In this document: in pieces, positions 1-12,603 of the stretch
Layout of the letters: every line of letters begins with the position of its first letter
How positions within the stretch are numbered: the first letter of the stretch is position 1
NCBI GenBank assembly: GCA_002269645.1
Contig: NIVC01003233.1
Span: 1-27,217, forward strand
Length of the DNA: 27,217 bases
Reading direction: 5' to 3'
Source: Macrostomum lignano
Taxonomy: Eukaryota
Position numbers and translations under genes: made by a program
The notes under the pieces: model-generated
The model's input: only the letters and a program-made list of their open reading frames with translations
Databases searched by the model: none
What the model was told of the DNA's origin: nothing

Positions 1-1617
1 CCAAGGTTGCTATATATTCATAGAAAATACTATAAGTTTCATGCTTAAATATGAGTCTTATTTCTTGAAAATGGAATCTACTTAAACAAAATATTAAAAA
101 CATATTATTAAAAAACCCTAGAATAAATTGACTGCACAACTATAATAGCATAAAAAATAGCATTTCATTCTACTAAAGTTAAAAGAAACACAATCACTTC
201 AAATTTATAATTGTCAAACCATTACAATAATATCTAGGCCTATCACCAATAGGATCTTTTTCTTGTCACCAAAACAAGGGACTTATCACTGAAATTACTA
301 TGATTTAACCCTAGTGCCTATATTTTAAATTGAATTAAATATGATATTCAACCTATTAATAGGCTTAGGCTATATAGACAAATAAAAAGTTTTTATTCCA
401 GCTATAAAATGATTTTTAATGAGACCATGCAGATAAATTGCATATGGTCATAGTCAAAAGGTGGCTAAAAATTATTCTAGATAGTATCATGTACATCAGA
501 GTAAATTCTTTTTTTATACTATGATTTTCTTTTGCCATTTACTGAAGATTTTTTTATAGCCTAAAAACAAAGTTGAAGACAAATTGTTTATCAATTTCTG
601 GTCAATTTTTTTCTTAGCCTCAGTTTTAATTCAAACTTTGAGTAGTCTTCTATGTTAATAATAAAATTAATAATTGTTATAATTGTTATAAAAACCAAAC
701 CTAAATGAAATACAACAAATGAATAAAATGAATAAAATCCTATTCTTATCATTGAAGAAATAAATTTGTGTCATGCACATAACTGTTAACCATGTGCTAT
801 TTTAGTATAACTAGTCTAAAATAGAGTTTTTCAATCTATGTTATTATTCTTTATACAGAAAAATAGGGAAAGCTTCAGCTCTTATTGAAAAACACATATT
901 AGAAAATCTTCTAAGTAAGATTATACAATAATTTTTTGACTGAAGGAATAAAGTAACTTTACCACTTTTAAAGAAAAATAATGAATAATAATTCATTATT
1001 ATAAAATAGGTATCAAATATAAGTAATATTTGACAAGTATAATATTACATTTTGCCATCTTTTATAGACAAAGCTTAGAAAGATACAAGTTCAAGCATAA
1101 GTTGTTATTATAAAATTTAGAGCCAATGGTATAAATTATTTTTGTTTTTAATATTATTCTAATATTCAAAATTATACCTGCCATATGAGGTAAGAGATTA
1201 AAAAAAAGTTGGCCAAATATGATTATAGTATGATAAATCATGGGTAAAATATATTACAAGTCATAAATCTAAAATATGGACTTTTGTAATTTTTTGCTAC
1301 TTAGCCTATTTTCTAATGTAAAGTGTTTTTACACAAAATTAGCTACACTTAGCTAAGATTTTTTTTAAATGTAATTAAAAATAATAATGATTATTTTTTA
1401 ACCTTTAAAATCTTATTGAAATCCATACATCAGAATGAAAAATAAACATATTATATACTGGATAAAATAGTTATTTATATTGTTATTATTGATAGGAGAG
1501 TAATTATTTGTTTTAAATTATGCATTTCATCAAATGTTACTGTTTTTTTTTATTGTTCACATTGGATACAAATTTCACATTTACAATATGTGCAAAGTTA
1601 TCCTTTTATAAATTTTC

Positions 1618-2249
1618 ATGCCAAAAATATTGCTGCACATGGATAGCAACGACAATTCAACAGAATTAGTTGCGAATAATAACAGTGAGAGCATGAAGAA
1701 GTGCGATGCCACTGATATTGACACAACTATCAGTGCAATAATTGATGATGACGATAATAGCATCGGGAACAAGGACAACAGATCGGAATTAGTCAGTGAA
1801 AACGGTGGCAGCCAAGGTGGCTGTAATAGCTATAAAGCCAACAATGACAGGCACACTGCTGCTCCTAATGATGAAGGAGGAGATGAGGATTACGATTCCG
1901 ATGTGGCCAGAGATCTATTAGAAACATTCGGAGGCCCTGATGGCGACGAGAACGACATGATGGCGGCTGACTCTGGCGCCGCTTCCAGCTCTAACCGTAG
2001 CGCTGGTAGGCGGCCATTGTCAGCTGACCAGTGCAGCATCTGCCGTCAGCAGCTCACTGAACCAGTGCTGCTGGCCTGTCTGCACAGATTCGATTTGGCC
2101 TGTCTGCGCAGCTCATCGGCCGGCTCAGGCGGCGATGACTTTCTGTTAATCTGTCCAACTTGTAGTACGCCTACAGTGCTTAATCCTCGTTCTGGCCTGG
2201 CCGGATTAACTAAGGATTATCTGTATCTGCACGAGCTTGAAGCGGCCAG
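1618..2249 (+). CDS. mei-P26: mei-P26-like exon 1: acidic low-complexity N-terminus and RING (2032-2163)
   Basis: CSIC...CLHRFDLAC...CPTC; donor CAG|GTATAA at 2250. Confidence 0.85.
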
Positions 2250-5200
2250 GTATAATGACTTAAATGCCAACATTTCTACCCGCATCTTTTACACTGTTGA
2301 CCTCTGACTCACATAAGCTGAATTTAGTTTGAAAATTCCCATTATATGTACGCGTTGTTGCCAATGAAGTTTCTTTAAAATTGTCCAAAATTGAATTATC
2401 TACCCTAAAAAATCGCCCAAAAATCAACCAGAAATTGCCTTAAAAATTAGTCATAAACTTCCTTAAATATCGGCCATAAACTGCCTTGAATATTGGCCAT
2501 AAACTGCCCTAAATATCGGCCATAAACTGCCCTAAATATCGGCCATAAACTGCCCTAAATATCGGCCATAAACTGCCCTAAATATCGGCCATAAACTGCC
2601 CTAAATATCGGCCATAAACTGCCCTAAATATCGGCCATAAACTGCCTTAAATATCGGCCATAAACCGCCCTAAATATCGACCATAAATTGCCTTAAAAAT
2701 CAAGCATAAACTGCCATAAACTGCTTTGAATATTGGCCTTAACTGCCTTAAATATTGGCCATAAACTGCCTTGAATATTGGCCATAAACTGCCTTAAATA
2801 TTGGCCATAAACTGCCTTAAATATTGGCCATAAACTGCCTTAAATATTGGCCATAAACTGCCTTGAATATTGGCCATAAACTGCCTTAAATATTGGCCAT
2901 AAACTGCCTTTAATATTGGCCATAAACTGCCTTAAATATTGGCCATAAACTGCCTTAAATATTGGCCATAAACTGCCTTAAATATCAGCCATAAATTGCC
3001 TCAAATATCAGCCATAAACTGCCTTAAATATCAGCCATAAACCACCTTAAATATCGGCCATAAACCGCCTTAAAAATTGCTTTAAAATGCCAAACTGCAT
3101 TAAGCATCTTTCACAAACCGCCCTAAAATCCCCCATAAACTGTCCCGACAATTGCTCAAATTCATAGAACTATTGAATAATAAATGCCTGCTCAGATCGG
3201 TGGAGTCAGCAGACCCGTCTACGGCAGCCGCGGCCGCTGCCGCCGCCTCCAGCAGTCAGAAGCGAGTGAAATGCGGCGGCTGCACCACCGGAGCCGAAGC
3301 CGTTGCCAAGTGCACCGAGTGCGCCGATTTCCTGTGCGGCTCCTGCCGCGCCGCCCACTCGGTGATGAAAATGTTTAGCAAGCATCACGTTGAAGAGATT
3401 ACGCCGGAAGATTTAGAAACTGACACGCCGTTGCAGTTGCAGAAGCCAATCTTTTGCTTCGATCATCCGCAGGTAAAGTATTGCAATTTTACTACTTAAA
3501 GTAGGCTTTATTATGAGTGTGCTTATTATTTCTATTTTATTCCTTTCATTTTTTCCAGGAGCAGCTGAAGTACTATTGTCAAGACTGCGGCACCCTGCAC
3601 TGTCCCGAGTGCGTCGCCATGGATCACAAGCAGCACGTTGTTGACAAAGTTGCTGATGCATTTCCTCAAGTGAGATGAAACACAATGTACACTCGCGCCA
3701 ACCCATAGTCCGCCCCAGCCCCCAATGTACACTCATGTAAACCAGAACACTGCCTGAATATACTCACGAAAACATAAACCCTGCCCGAAGGTACACTCGC
3801 TCTAACCCACAGCCTGCCCCAATGTACACTCGCTCTAACCCACAGCCTGCCCCAATGTACACTCAGGCTAACCCACAGCCTGCCCCAATGTACACTCAGG
3901 TTAACCCACAGCCTGTCCCAATGTATACTCACGCTAACCCATACTGTCTGCCCCATTGTTAAACTCACTAACTCAGAGACTGCCCCAATGTACACTCCCG
4001 CTATCCTAAACCCTGCCCCAATGTACACTCGCGCTATCCTAAACCATGCCCCAATGTACACTCCCGCTATCCTAAACCCTGCTCTAATGTACACTCGCAC
4101 TCTATCCATCTCACTCTCCCATCAAGGTGGACGCGGACCTGTCAGTCGGCCTCACTCAACTAAGCAATTCTCGCGACCGTTGGGAAACCGAGCTGGCCTC
4201 TCTCCAAGAGAAGCTGGAAGAGATTCGGGACAGCCGCGAGCAGAACGCCGGCGCAATTGCCGAAGCCGTCGCCTCTTATCGGGCCTTTGTTGAAGAGATT
4301 GGCGAGACTGCCGCTAAAGAGAATCGCCGTCTGCATGATGATTTAGAAATGAAGGTAAGGCTTTTCTTATTTTAAATTCGGCAAAAAATATTGTCATTAA
4401 AAACGCTAAATCGTCAGGAAAAATAGCCGATTTAATCCTCCTTTAGTCGTCTAGAAAATCTCTGAGTCAATGGGGAGTCTTCCTTAGTCATGAGGCAATC
4501 TCCTAAAGTTATGGGGAAATCTTTCTGACTCATGAAATTGTGAAATCTCCCTTAGTCATTGTGAAATCTCCCTAAGTCATTGTGAAATCTCCCTAAGTCA
4601 ATGGGAAATCTCCCTAAGTCATTTGAAATCTTTCTTGAGTCATTGGAAGTCTTTCTGAGTCAATGGGAAATCTCCCTAAGTCAATAGGAAATCTCTCCAA
4701 GTCATTGGGAAATCTTTCTAAGTCATTGGGAAATTTCCCTAAGTCATTGTGAAATCTCCCTAAGTCATTGTGAAATCTCCCTAAGTCATTGAGAAATCTT
4801 TCTAAGTCATTGTGAAATCTCCCTAAGTCATTGTGAAATCTCCCTAAGTCAATGTGAAATCTCCCTAAGTCATTGTGAAATCTCCCTGAGTCAATGTGAA
4901 ATCTCCCTAAGTCAATAGGAAATCTCTCCAAGTCATTGGGAAATCTTTCTAAGTCATTGGGAAATCTCCCTAAGCCATTATGAAATCTCCGTTAGCCATT
5001 GAGAAATCTCCCTTGAAGCCATCAGGAAATTTCCTTAAATCATTCAAAATCTTTAAGTCATGAGGAAATTCCCCTAAGTCATGGGGAATTCTCCCCAAGT
5101 CTCTAAGTCCCTAAATATTCCCAAGCCAAGTTTATTAGAACACTGGAATTACTGGAACAATCGATTAATTCGCACTCTAAACACGCGCCGCCGCCAGGTG

Positions 5201-8152
5201 ATGGAGCTGCTAGAGGCCACCAGCCGCGGGGTGGACCAAATGTCCGAAGCCGAGCAATTCGTCCGCCAATACCGCGAGCGCGCCGGTGCCGGCACCCTGG
5301 CCTACGCTAGGAAACTCCTAGTGGACTGGATGGCCACCCTGACTAGGAATCACTGGGACACCGGCCTGCTCACTAGCATCCCGTTTCAGGCTAATCATCC
5401 CCGGGTTCGAGCCCTGCTCGAAGCCAATTTCGGCACATTCGGCAACAGTTCAGAATCTGGTTCGCTCGGTTCCGCCGCCGCAGCCGGCTCTGTGGATCAG
5501 TTCGATCCTCAACTGATGCTGCAGCATCACGCTCAGCATCAGAACGCCGAACTGATGAAGCCGCACATGTTGGCTAGCAACGCACCGGCTACGGTTGTAC
5601 CGCCGCAGGTGCTCTACGGATTGCCGCAATCGGCGGCTGCAGCTGTCGCCGCTGCCGATACCACCGCGGCGGTTGTTTCGTCGGCCTCGGTAGCTTCATC
5701 AATTGCCGGCGTTGTCGATGGAGTCGGCGGTGCCAACAGTCTGATCAGCAGCATGCTGGCCGCTAAACTCAGTCTGGATGTCGGCGGTGTCGGCGTCGGA
5801 AGCGGTGTCGGAGGTGGCGGTGGCGGCGCTGTCGGTCCCGTGTCGCCAATAATCGGTACAACGCCCAGAGCGATGACGCCGAACTCCATGGACTTCATGG
5901 GCGGCGGCGGTGGCGGCGGCCGATCCATTGGCAGCGGCGGCAGTGGCGGCGGCGGAGGTGGCGGCGGTGGAATGCCATTCCCGAATCGGAACGGCCGCTG
6001 CGGGAACATGACTGTCCGGTTTCGCTGGGGCTCGCTAGGCTCGTCGCGCGGTCAGTTTAATTCGCCGCATGGTTTCTGCCTCGGCTCTGACGAGGATATT
6101 GTTGTGGCTGACACTCAGAACCACCGGATTCAGGTGTTCGACAAGACCGGCGAGCACAAGTTCCAGTTCGGCGTGGCCGGCCGCGACGAGGGGCAGCTGT
6201 GGTATCCGAGAAAGGTGAGGGATTTGATCTGGGAGGCTGGTAGCTTTATTTTTAGGGATCTAGGAGGCTGGTAGCTTAATCTGGGAGGCTGGTAGCTTAA
6301 TCTGGGAGGCTGGTAGCTTAATCTGAGGATATGGGAGGCTGGTAGCTTAATCTGGGAGGCTGGTAGCTTAATCTGGGAGGCTGGTAGCTTAATCTGGGAG
6401 GTTGGTAGCTTAATCTGGGAGGCTGGTAGCTTAATCTGGGAGGCTGGTAGCTTAATCTGGGAGGCTGGCAGCTTAATCTGGGAGGCTGGCAGCTTAATCT
6501 GGGAGGCTGGTAGCTTAATCTGGGAGGCTGGTAGCTTAATCTGGGAGGCTGGTAGCTTAATATGGGAGGCTGGTAGCTTAATCTGGGAGGCTGGTAGCTT
6601 AATCTGGGAGGCTGGCAGCTTAATCTGGGAGGCTGGTAGCTTAATCTGGGAGGCTGGTAGCTTAATCTGGGAGGCTGGTAGCTTAATCTGGGAGGCTGGC
6701 AGCTTAATCTGGGGATCTGGGAGGCTGGTAGCTTTAATTTAGGGATCTGGGAGGCAGGTAGCTTAATCTGAGGATCTGGGAGGCTGGTAGCTTAATCTGA
6801 GGATCTGGAAGGCTGCTAGCTTAATCTGAGGATCTGGGAGGCTGGTAGCTTAATCTGAGGATCTGGGAGGCCGGTAGCTTTAATTTAGGGATCTGGGAGG
6901 CTGGTAGCTTTAATTTGGAGACCTGGGAGGCCGGTAGCTTTAATTTGGGGACCTGGGAGGCCGGTAGCTTTAATTTGGGGACCTGGGAGGCTGGTAGCTT
7001 TAATTTGGGACCTGGGATGCCGGTAGTTTTCTAAGAATTGAGAGTTACAGTTACAGAAATTCGCATAAAGAACCCAAAAATCTGAATAAATACATCCATT
7101 CGACTGTACACTCGCTCCCGTTGCCAGGTAGTTGTCATGCGCCAAACCGGCAAGTACATAATCTGCGACCGAGGCAGCGAACGCAGTCGCATGCAAATCT
7201 TCACTAAATCGGGCCACTTCCTGCGCAAAATCACCGTGCGCTACATAGACATAGTTGCCGGGCTGGCCATCAATAGCCAGAATCATATTGTGGCCGTGGA
7301 CTCCGTGTCTCCAACCGTATTCGCCATCGCCGAGAATGGCGATCTAGTGAAGTGGTTCGACTGCTCTAGCTATATGCGCGAGCCGTCTGACATCGCTATC
7401 CAGGGTCGGGAGTATTTCATCTGCGATTTCAAGGGCCACTGCGTGTCAGTGTTTCAGGTAGGACTTCTATGCACTTTAATAAAGTCATTGTCACAGTTGA
7501 CAGATGTGGACTAGGGGGGGGGGGGGGAGGTCGCCACACACCCTCAATTTACTCATTTTACAGTTTCTAGATTTGTTCAAGGCCCTTTTTACAAACAAAG
7601 ACAACAAACGATTTGTACTCACAGGTGGTCACCCATCCAAGTACTAACCAAACCCATCATTGCTTAACTTCGGTGATCAGACGAAAACCGGTGTTTTCAA
7701 CGTGGTATTACCGTTACCTGTAGTGCACTTAGCTTATCTCAAACAGTGTGTTCATCTACGTACCTAACCGCGACCAAATTTGCTTAACTTCTAGATTTTA
7801 TGACAATAGCACAATATCTGAGATTTAGTATAGTGCGACTAGCCGCCGCCCCCCTCCCAATCCACAGGAGGACGGCGTGTTCCTTCGCCGCATCGGCTCC
7901 GAATCTGTCACTAATTTTCCTAACGGCATCGACATTAGCGACCTTGGCGATGTTTTAGTTGGCGACTCGCATGGTAACAAATTCCACGTGGCCGTGTTTA
8001 ATCGGCTCGGCCAGCTGACTTCCGAGTTCGAGTGTCCGGCCGTGAAAGTGTCCCGATGCTGCGGACTGAAAATCACTAGCGAAGGCTACGTTGTCACCCT
8101 AGCTAAGAACAATCATCACGTGCTGGTGCTGGATACGCTCTACATTAATTAG
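1618..8152 (+). CDS. mei-P26: TRIM-NHL protein (RING, 2 B-boxes, coiled coil, low-complexity linker, NHL beta-propeller), Mei-P26/NHL-2 type; 7 coding exons, about 959 aa
   Basis: Exons 1618-2249, 3196-3472, 3559-3669, 4127-4354, 5198-6214, 7128-7457 and 7868-8152 join in frame through GT..AG introns (phases 2,0,0,0,0,0), total 2880 nt. NHL motifs [68 protein letters not shown] and [30 protein letters not shown] match my recollection of Drosophila Mei-P26 rather than Brat. An N-terminal RING is present, which Brat lacks. The start codon is uncertain (1618, 1639 or 1693). Confidence 0.92.
2451..3072. repeat. 23-bp minisatellite (GGCCATAAACTGCCCTAAATATC), about 26 copies, intron 1
   Basis: Period read directly from the sequence. 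Confidence 0.95.
3196..3472 (+). CDS. mei-P26: mei-P26-like exon 2: B-box 1 and start of B-box 2
   Basis: Acceptor CTCAG|A at 3195; CGGC...[17 protein letters not shown]; donor CAG|GTAAAG at 3473. Confidence 0.9.
3559..3669 (+). CDS. mei-P26: mei-P26-like exon 3: B-box 2 (not in the ORF track)
   Basis: Acceptor TTTTCCAG; translates [37 protein letters not shown]; donor GTGAGA at 3670. Confidence 0.9.
3683..4099. repeat. 33-bp minisatellite (GCCCCAATGTACACTCGCTCTAACCCACAGCCT), about 12-13 diverging copies, intron 3
   Basis: Period read directly; explains the repetitive spurious ORFs 3666-4109 and 3988-4293. Confidence 0.92.
4127..4354 (+). CDS. mei-P26: mei-P26-like exon 4: coiled coil
   Basis: Acceptor CATCAAG|GTG; heptad-like [12 protein letters not shown]; donor AAG|GTAAGG at 4355. 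Confidence 0.85.
4484..5101. repeat. 21-bp minisatellite (GTCATTGTGAAATCTCCCTAA), degenerate at the edges, intron 4
   Basis: Period read directly; 7-aa periodic spurious ORF 4614-4931. Confidence 0.93.
5198..6214 (+). CDS. mei-P26: mei-P26-like exon 5: end of coiled coil, Q/A/G-rich linker, NHL repeat 1 and start of repeat 2
   Basis: Acceptor CCGCCAG|GTG gives LEMK-VMELL continuity; donor AAG|GTGAGG at 6215. Confidence 0.88.
6227..7031. repeat. 21-bp minisatellite (TCTGGGAGGCTGGTAGCTTAA) grading into roughly 30-bp variants, intron 5
   Basis: Period read directly. Confidence 0.95.
7128..7457 (+). CDS. mei-P26: mei-P26-like exon 6: NHL repeats
   Basis: Acceptor GTTGCCAG|GTA gives LWYPRK-VVVMR; donor CAG|GTAGGA at 7458. 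Confidence 0.92.
7597..7718 (-). rRNA. Solitary diverged 5S rRNA copy (probable pseudogene or SINE3-like head), antisense in mei-P26 intron 6
   Basis: Minus strand reads GGTAACGGTAATACCACGTTGAAAACACCGGTTTTCGTCTGATCACCGAAGTTAAGCAATGATGGGTTTGGTTAGTACTTGGATGGGTGACCACCTGTGAGTAC..., matching invertebrate 5S over about 100 nt with recognisable A-box and C-box. The ends can still pair (GGTAAC with GTTGTC, with wobbles). Confidence 0.9.
7720..7845 (-). pseudogene. Second, heavily degenerate 5S-like copy in tandem
   Basis: Minus strand GAAGTTAAGCAAATTTGGTCGCGGTTAGGTAC (7760-7791) mirrors the GAAGTTAAGCA...GGTTAGTAC core of the first copy at a 120-nt offset; the flanks are only weakly similar. Confidence 0.55.
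7868..8152 (+). CDS. mei-P26: mei-P26-like exon 7: final NHL repeats and stop
   Basis: Acceptor TCCACAG|GAG gives VFQ-EDGVF; TAG at 8150-8152. Confidence 0.92.
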   Translation, partial: EDGVFLRRIGSESVTNFPNGIDISDLGDVLVGDSHGNKFHVAVFNRLGQLTSEFECPAVKVSRCCGLKITSEGYVVTLAKNNHHVLVLDTLYIN

Positions 8153-11100
8153 ACTGTTGGTTATTTAGTTTAGTTCGGCTTGTTTAGCAACAACAACAGA
8201 CTGTTCATTCCCTGTGTGTGTGCGCTTGTTTTTTTGTAGTTCTCCTGTCTCATTCTCGCTCGTATCTCTTCCCAGTTTGGCAACACAATCGGTCGCTTTT
8301 TTGTTTCTATATATTATATCACAGATGCTAGAATAACTAAATGAGCCACTCAGCAAATTTGCGTGTAAACTACTTTCAGTTCAGTAGTAAGCTAAACAGA
8401 AGCATTTTAATGTATTTTTCAAGCCAATCCTCCTTTATTGGCCCGTACCCCCCCAGCCTAAACCACCTCCCGCCCCGCCCCAATTTTTATTGCCTTTCTC
8501 GGAATTCCAGCCCAAGAAAAGCTGTTATATATGTACATTTCAGTGGACTGGCCAATGTACATTATTGCTGAACCAATTAGCAAGCAAGTTGTTTACGCCT
8601 GCAAGCTTGGGCTTTTAAACTTATCAAAGTCATTTCAGCTGCCTTTATTTTTTTATAAAATAGCTTATGTATTCTTCTTTGCTACTGAACTGAAAGTAGA
8701 AAGGAATTTTACTAAGTATATGTGTCTGAGTGGCCCATCTAGTTATTTTAGAATCTGTGTATTATACCCAGTTGGTTTAATTTTAATTATAATATATTAT
8801 ATGGCTATTTTTATTTATTGTTTTAGGCTATATCTCCCTGTTTAACTCCTTTGCTTGCTATCTAATAATTATTTTATTAGAGAAAAATATTACAAAATGA
8901 CAGCATCCTACCTACATTAGATAACAACTCTTATGAGTAAGCTAATTATGATTATTAATATTATTATTATTATTGTTATTTCATACAGTATGCTAACAGC
9001 TTGGCTTTGACTTTGTTCACCTTTTTTCTCTCAGCATAGTAGGTAAAAAGCTTATTTTTTAAAATAAATAATAGTTTAGCCAACCTTGTGCAATCGAATT
9101 ATTAATAAATTTATGAATAATAATGCTACTATTACTACTATTATTGTGTTTTAATTAGCTAATCCCAGTGCCCTACATTTTTTAAGCACCTGTTTACCTT
9201 TCTTATAGTCTGTTTTTCATTTACCAATATCGCTACTACTACTATTATTTATAAAAGAGTAAATCTTTTTTTTGTAATAATCTTTCAACCTCGCCACCTT
9301 TTGGTAACCGTTTTACACCAGCATTAGGTTGTTGCTCTGTAGTGACTGACATCCTGTAATCTCCTTTATTCGATAATTGTATTTTCAAATTTTTAATGTA
9401 CCCCACCCCCGTTACCTTAATCTGAACACAATGGACTATTTTTTATTAAGTAATATTTTATTTCAACTTTATCCAGATTTAAATATACTGGCTGGTGCAA
9501 TAGCAAGTAACTAATGCCCTCATTATTCAATTATTACTCCTATTAATAATTCATATTTATGATGTTTAGTGTCTGCAATGCAGATGTCTTGCCCGAGCCA
9601 TCCCATCTCATCGGAGTGATATTAATACCTATATACGCTTTTTTAATAATTATTTTTTAATCTTTGATACATGCTTTTTTACTACTTACATTCTGGGGTT
9701 GGATAAGTAGTGCTGGATGAATCCTCTAATTCAAAATGAAACTTGGGGTCTCGCAAAAGTTTCTGGGCGACTGTTGGATAAGAAGATTTGAACTGGCTTC
9801 CAGGGCTAAAGAATGACATTGTGTCTGTTTTAATATTCCATTAATTCACTCAAAAGTCAAGTCACAATTTGGAAATTACTTGTGTAATTAAATTTTTTTA
9901 ACTCTGCGTTTATTTATTTCAAAATTAAAACATTATTCTACTATACTATGTATGCTACTTCCTATATAGTGTTTTAAATAATAGACGAACATCGTGTATT
10001 TTTTTTCTTTTTTTCATTTTTTTCACTCGGTTTATTTTTGAAAAGTGTTCTGTTTTTATCCCAGCGTATTTTTGTTTATCAGCCTGGTTCTCCCGTTGCT
10101 CAAAGTTTATCAGCTCTTAGTTAGACTCAGCAGTAACCCCGGGTTCGCAAGTGCAGTTTATATAATTAGTAAAGTTGATTGACACTTTGCTGTGATGATT
10201 TACTTACACCAAGCTTTTAAAACTATTATACTTGCTGAACTTTGTCAATTATTTATCATTTGCAATCAGCGGCCGCACTTTTTTGTTCCATTTTTTTCTT
10301 AATTAAGAAAAGCAAAACAACTTTTTGGTCATTTATTATTATTATTAAGTTTTTGAGATTATTAATTAAGCAAAGGACAAACAACCGAATAGCTTTAGTT
10401 TTATATCTATTATTTGTGTATTATTAGGAACCATTTGTGTTGGTGTTTTTTCGTTATGCAATTTATCTTACCTAGGTAATTAGTTCTACACAGTGTGAGC
10501 AGGGGCTGCTGTTGTCCGGTCTATTTCTTCGTTATAAGCAACAGTTTTTTTCCTTAAATCTTTTAAAAACCTTTTTTCTCTCTGTTTCAATACAATTTTA
10601 ATACAGTTTACCGCCAAAAAACATTGAGTTTAAATTAATTAATATTAGCAAGTCTCCAAGCAGTTATTATGTATTTATTATTTGCCACACTATTCTGTAC
10701 CGACAGTTTACATTTTTAATCATTTTGAAGTTTGATCAGTCAAAGTCTCAACTGTCTTCTGCCGCCCCCCCCCCCCTAAATTGAAGTTATTTTGTTATAA
10801 TTCGCTGCAAATTTAAAATTGTTTGCCATCTGATAAAAAGGTTTAACTATTCATGTATTGTATTTGCGTGCTTTTTGCGGTAATGATAGTTTTCTGCCCT
10901 CCCGGGTCCCCCCCTGTCTTTTGTCGCCAATTTTATAGCGAAAGATATTAGACAGCTTTAAATAGCCCAAAATGTGCTGGTTGGTTGTTCAACTATTTTG
11001 TCAGGGTAGAATTTTAGCGTAGATTAAATATAGAACTCATTTATAGAGCAGGCTGTTCACTTTAACGTCACGTACATTATTTTTATACAAAATAATTTTA

Positions 11101-11361
11101 ATAATAATAATATTAATAAACACCTACAGACACGGTTGCTACATATTGCCGTTTTTTTCGTTTTTCTGGAATTAAAAAAATCTCTACCAAAAATGCGTTG
11201 CTAATTCCATTTTTGTTTATTCATTTTTGACCAGCAAAACTCATTAAGAATCAATCGGGTCTGGATTGGATAGACGTTGAACTTCTTCAAACTTGAGCAC
11301 ATGCAAGCGCGGCAATACTATACTCAGGCACGCACTCACACACACGCTCACACAGGGTGTG

Positions 11362-11841
11362 CAATTATCCGATATGTGTCGAAAGTAGCAATTTCTCTAT
11401 CTATTATCCGATATGTATCGAAAGTAGCTATTTCTATATCTATTATCCGATATGTATCCAAAGTAGCTATTTCTATATCCATTATCCGATATGTATCGAA
11501 AGTAGCTATTTCTATATCTATTATCCGATATGTATCAAAAGTAGCTATTTCTATATCTATTATCCGATATGTATCAAAAGTAGCTATTTCTATATCTATT
11601 ATCCGATATGTATCGAAAGTAGCTATTTCTATATCTATTATCCGATATGTATCGAAAGTAGCTATTTCTCTTTATCTATTATCCGATGTGTATCAAAAGT
11701 AGCTATTTCTATGTCTATTATCCGATATGTATCGAAAGTAGCTATTTCTATATCTATTATCCGATATGTATCGAAAGTAGCTATTTCTATATCTATTATC
11801 CGATATGTATCGAAAGTAGCTATTACTATATCTATTATCTG
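11362..11841. repeat. 39-bp minisatellite (TATTATCCGATATGTATCGAAAGTAGCTATTTCTATATC), about 12 copies
   Basis: Period read directly; 13-aa periodic spurious ORFs. Confidence 0.95.
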
Positions 11842-12603
11842 ATATTTATGTATTCTAAATGGACGATTTTTCAATTCTCTGGTACACACCGAAAGTAGCT
11901 AATAGTTGCTAGCAGACTACTCGTTACCTTTTTGCCAGCATAGTAAGTAGTATAATCAAGAATATTGCAACATTTTTTCATATTGAATACTTAGTTGCAT
12001 ATTCATTAGATGGGCTATGTTACAGCTGATGAGTAGTTAACAGACTGTTAAAGACATGCTTTGAGAAAAGGATTTTGTGGGTAATTAGTTTTTAATAATG
12101 AATTTTTTCCTAAACTTATTACTTACTAGTGAGTAGGATATCGCTACAAGACGGCAGAAAAATCATTCTCAAATGGCAGTCAGGAACGAGAAAAGCTTTT
12201 TTAGTCAGCAAGCGAAGCGTGGATTTCAACTTTCTCGACGAAAATTTTAAAATAAAAGCTTTCTTCTTAAGATTAAGCGGCTTTAAACTACGACACAAAT
12301 AAAAAAGTTTTAGACAACGCCCACGTTTTTGTAGTTGTGAACTTGTCAATCAACCTTGGAGACTGTCGAGAGACCACCTGCTGACAATAGAGACAGTTAC
12401 GGGCCATAGCATCGCAGCGCCTTTGTTGTCGCTGGGTCTCTGCTTGAAATGCAATTGGTATCCATGCCAACAAAGCAGAGTTAGATGGTAGAGTTAGAGG
12501 GAGGGGCAGGGGTTCCTTGTGTTAAATAACAGCGCCGAGATAAGCAGCGCGCTCTCGAAATTTCTTCACTGGCTAAATTCCGATTGAGAAAGAAAACGAG
12601 CCA

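Noticed and set aside
5081-8152. Calling the TRIM-NHL gene brat
   Set aside because: The NHL motifs ([33 protein letters not shown]) and the RING fit Mei-P26/NHL-2, not Brat.
8153-11300. U-rich regulatory or autoregulatory motifs in the mei-P26 3' region
   Set aside because: The region is very AT-rich, so such motifs are expected by chance, and the transcript end is unknown.
3666-11898. Periodic ORFs 3666-4109, 3988-4293, 4614-4931, 6885-7286 and 11277-11898
   Set aside because: They are translations of minisatellites whose unit length is near a multiple of three, with no domain content.
12025-12070. CTGATGA followed by a TTAACA/TGTTAA hairpin as a hammerhead ribozyme
   Set aside because: There is no GAAA directly after the stem and no stems I/III.
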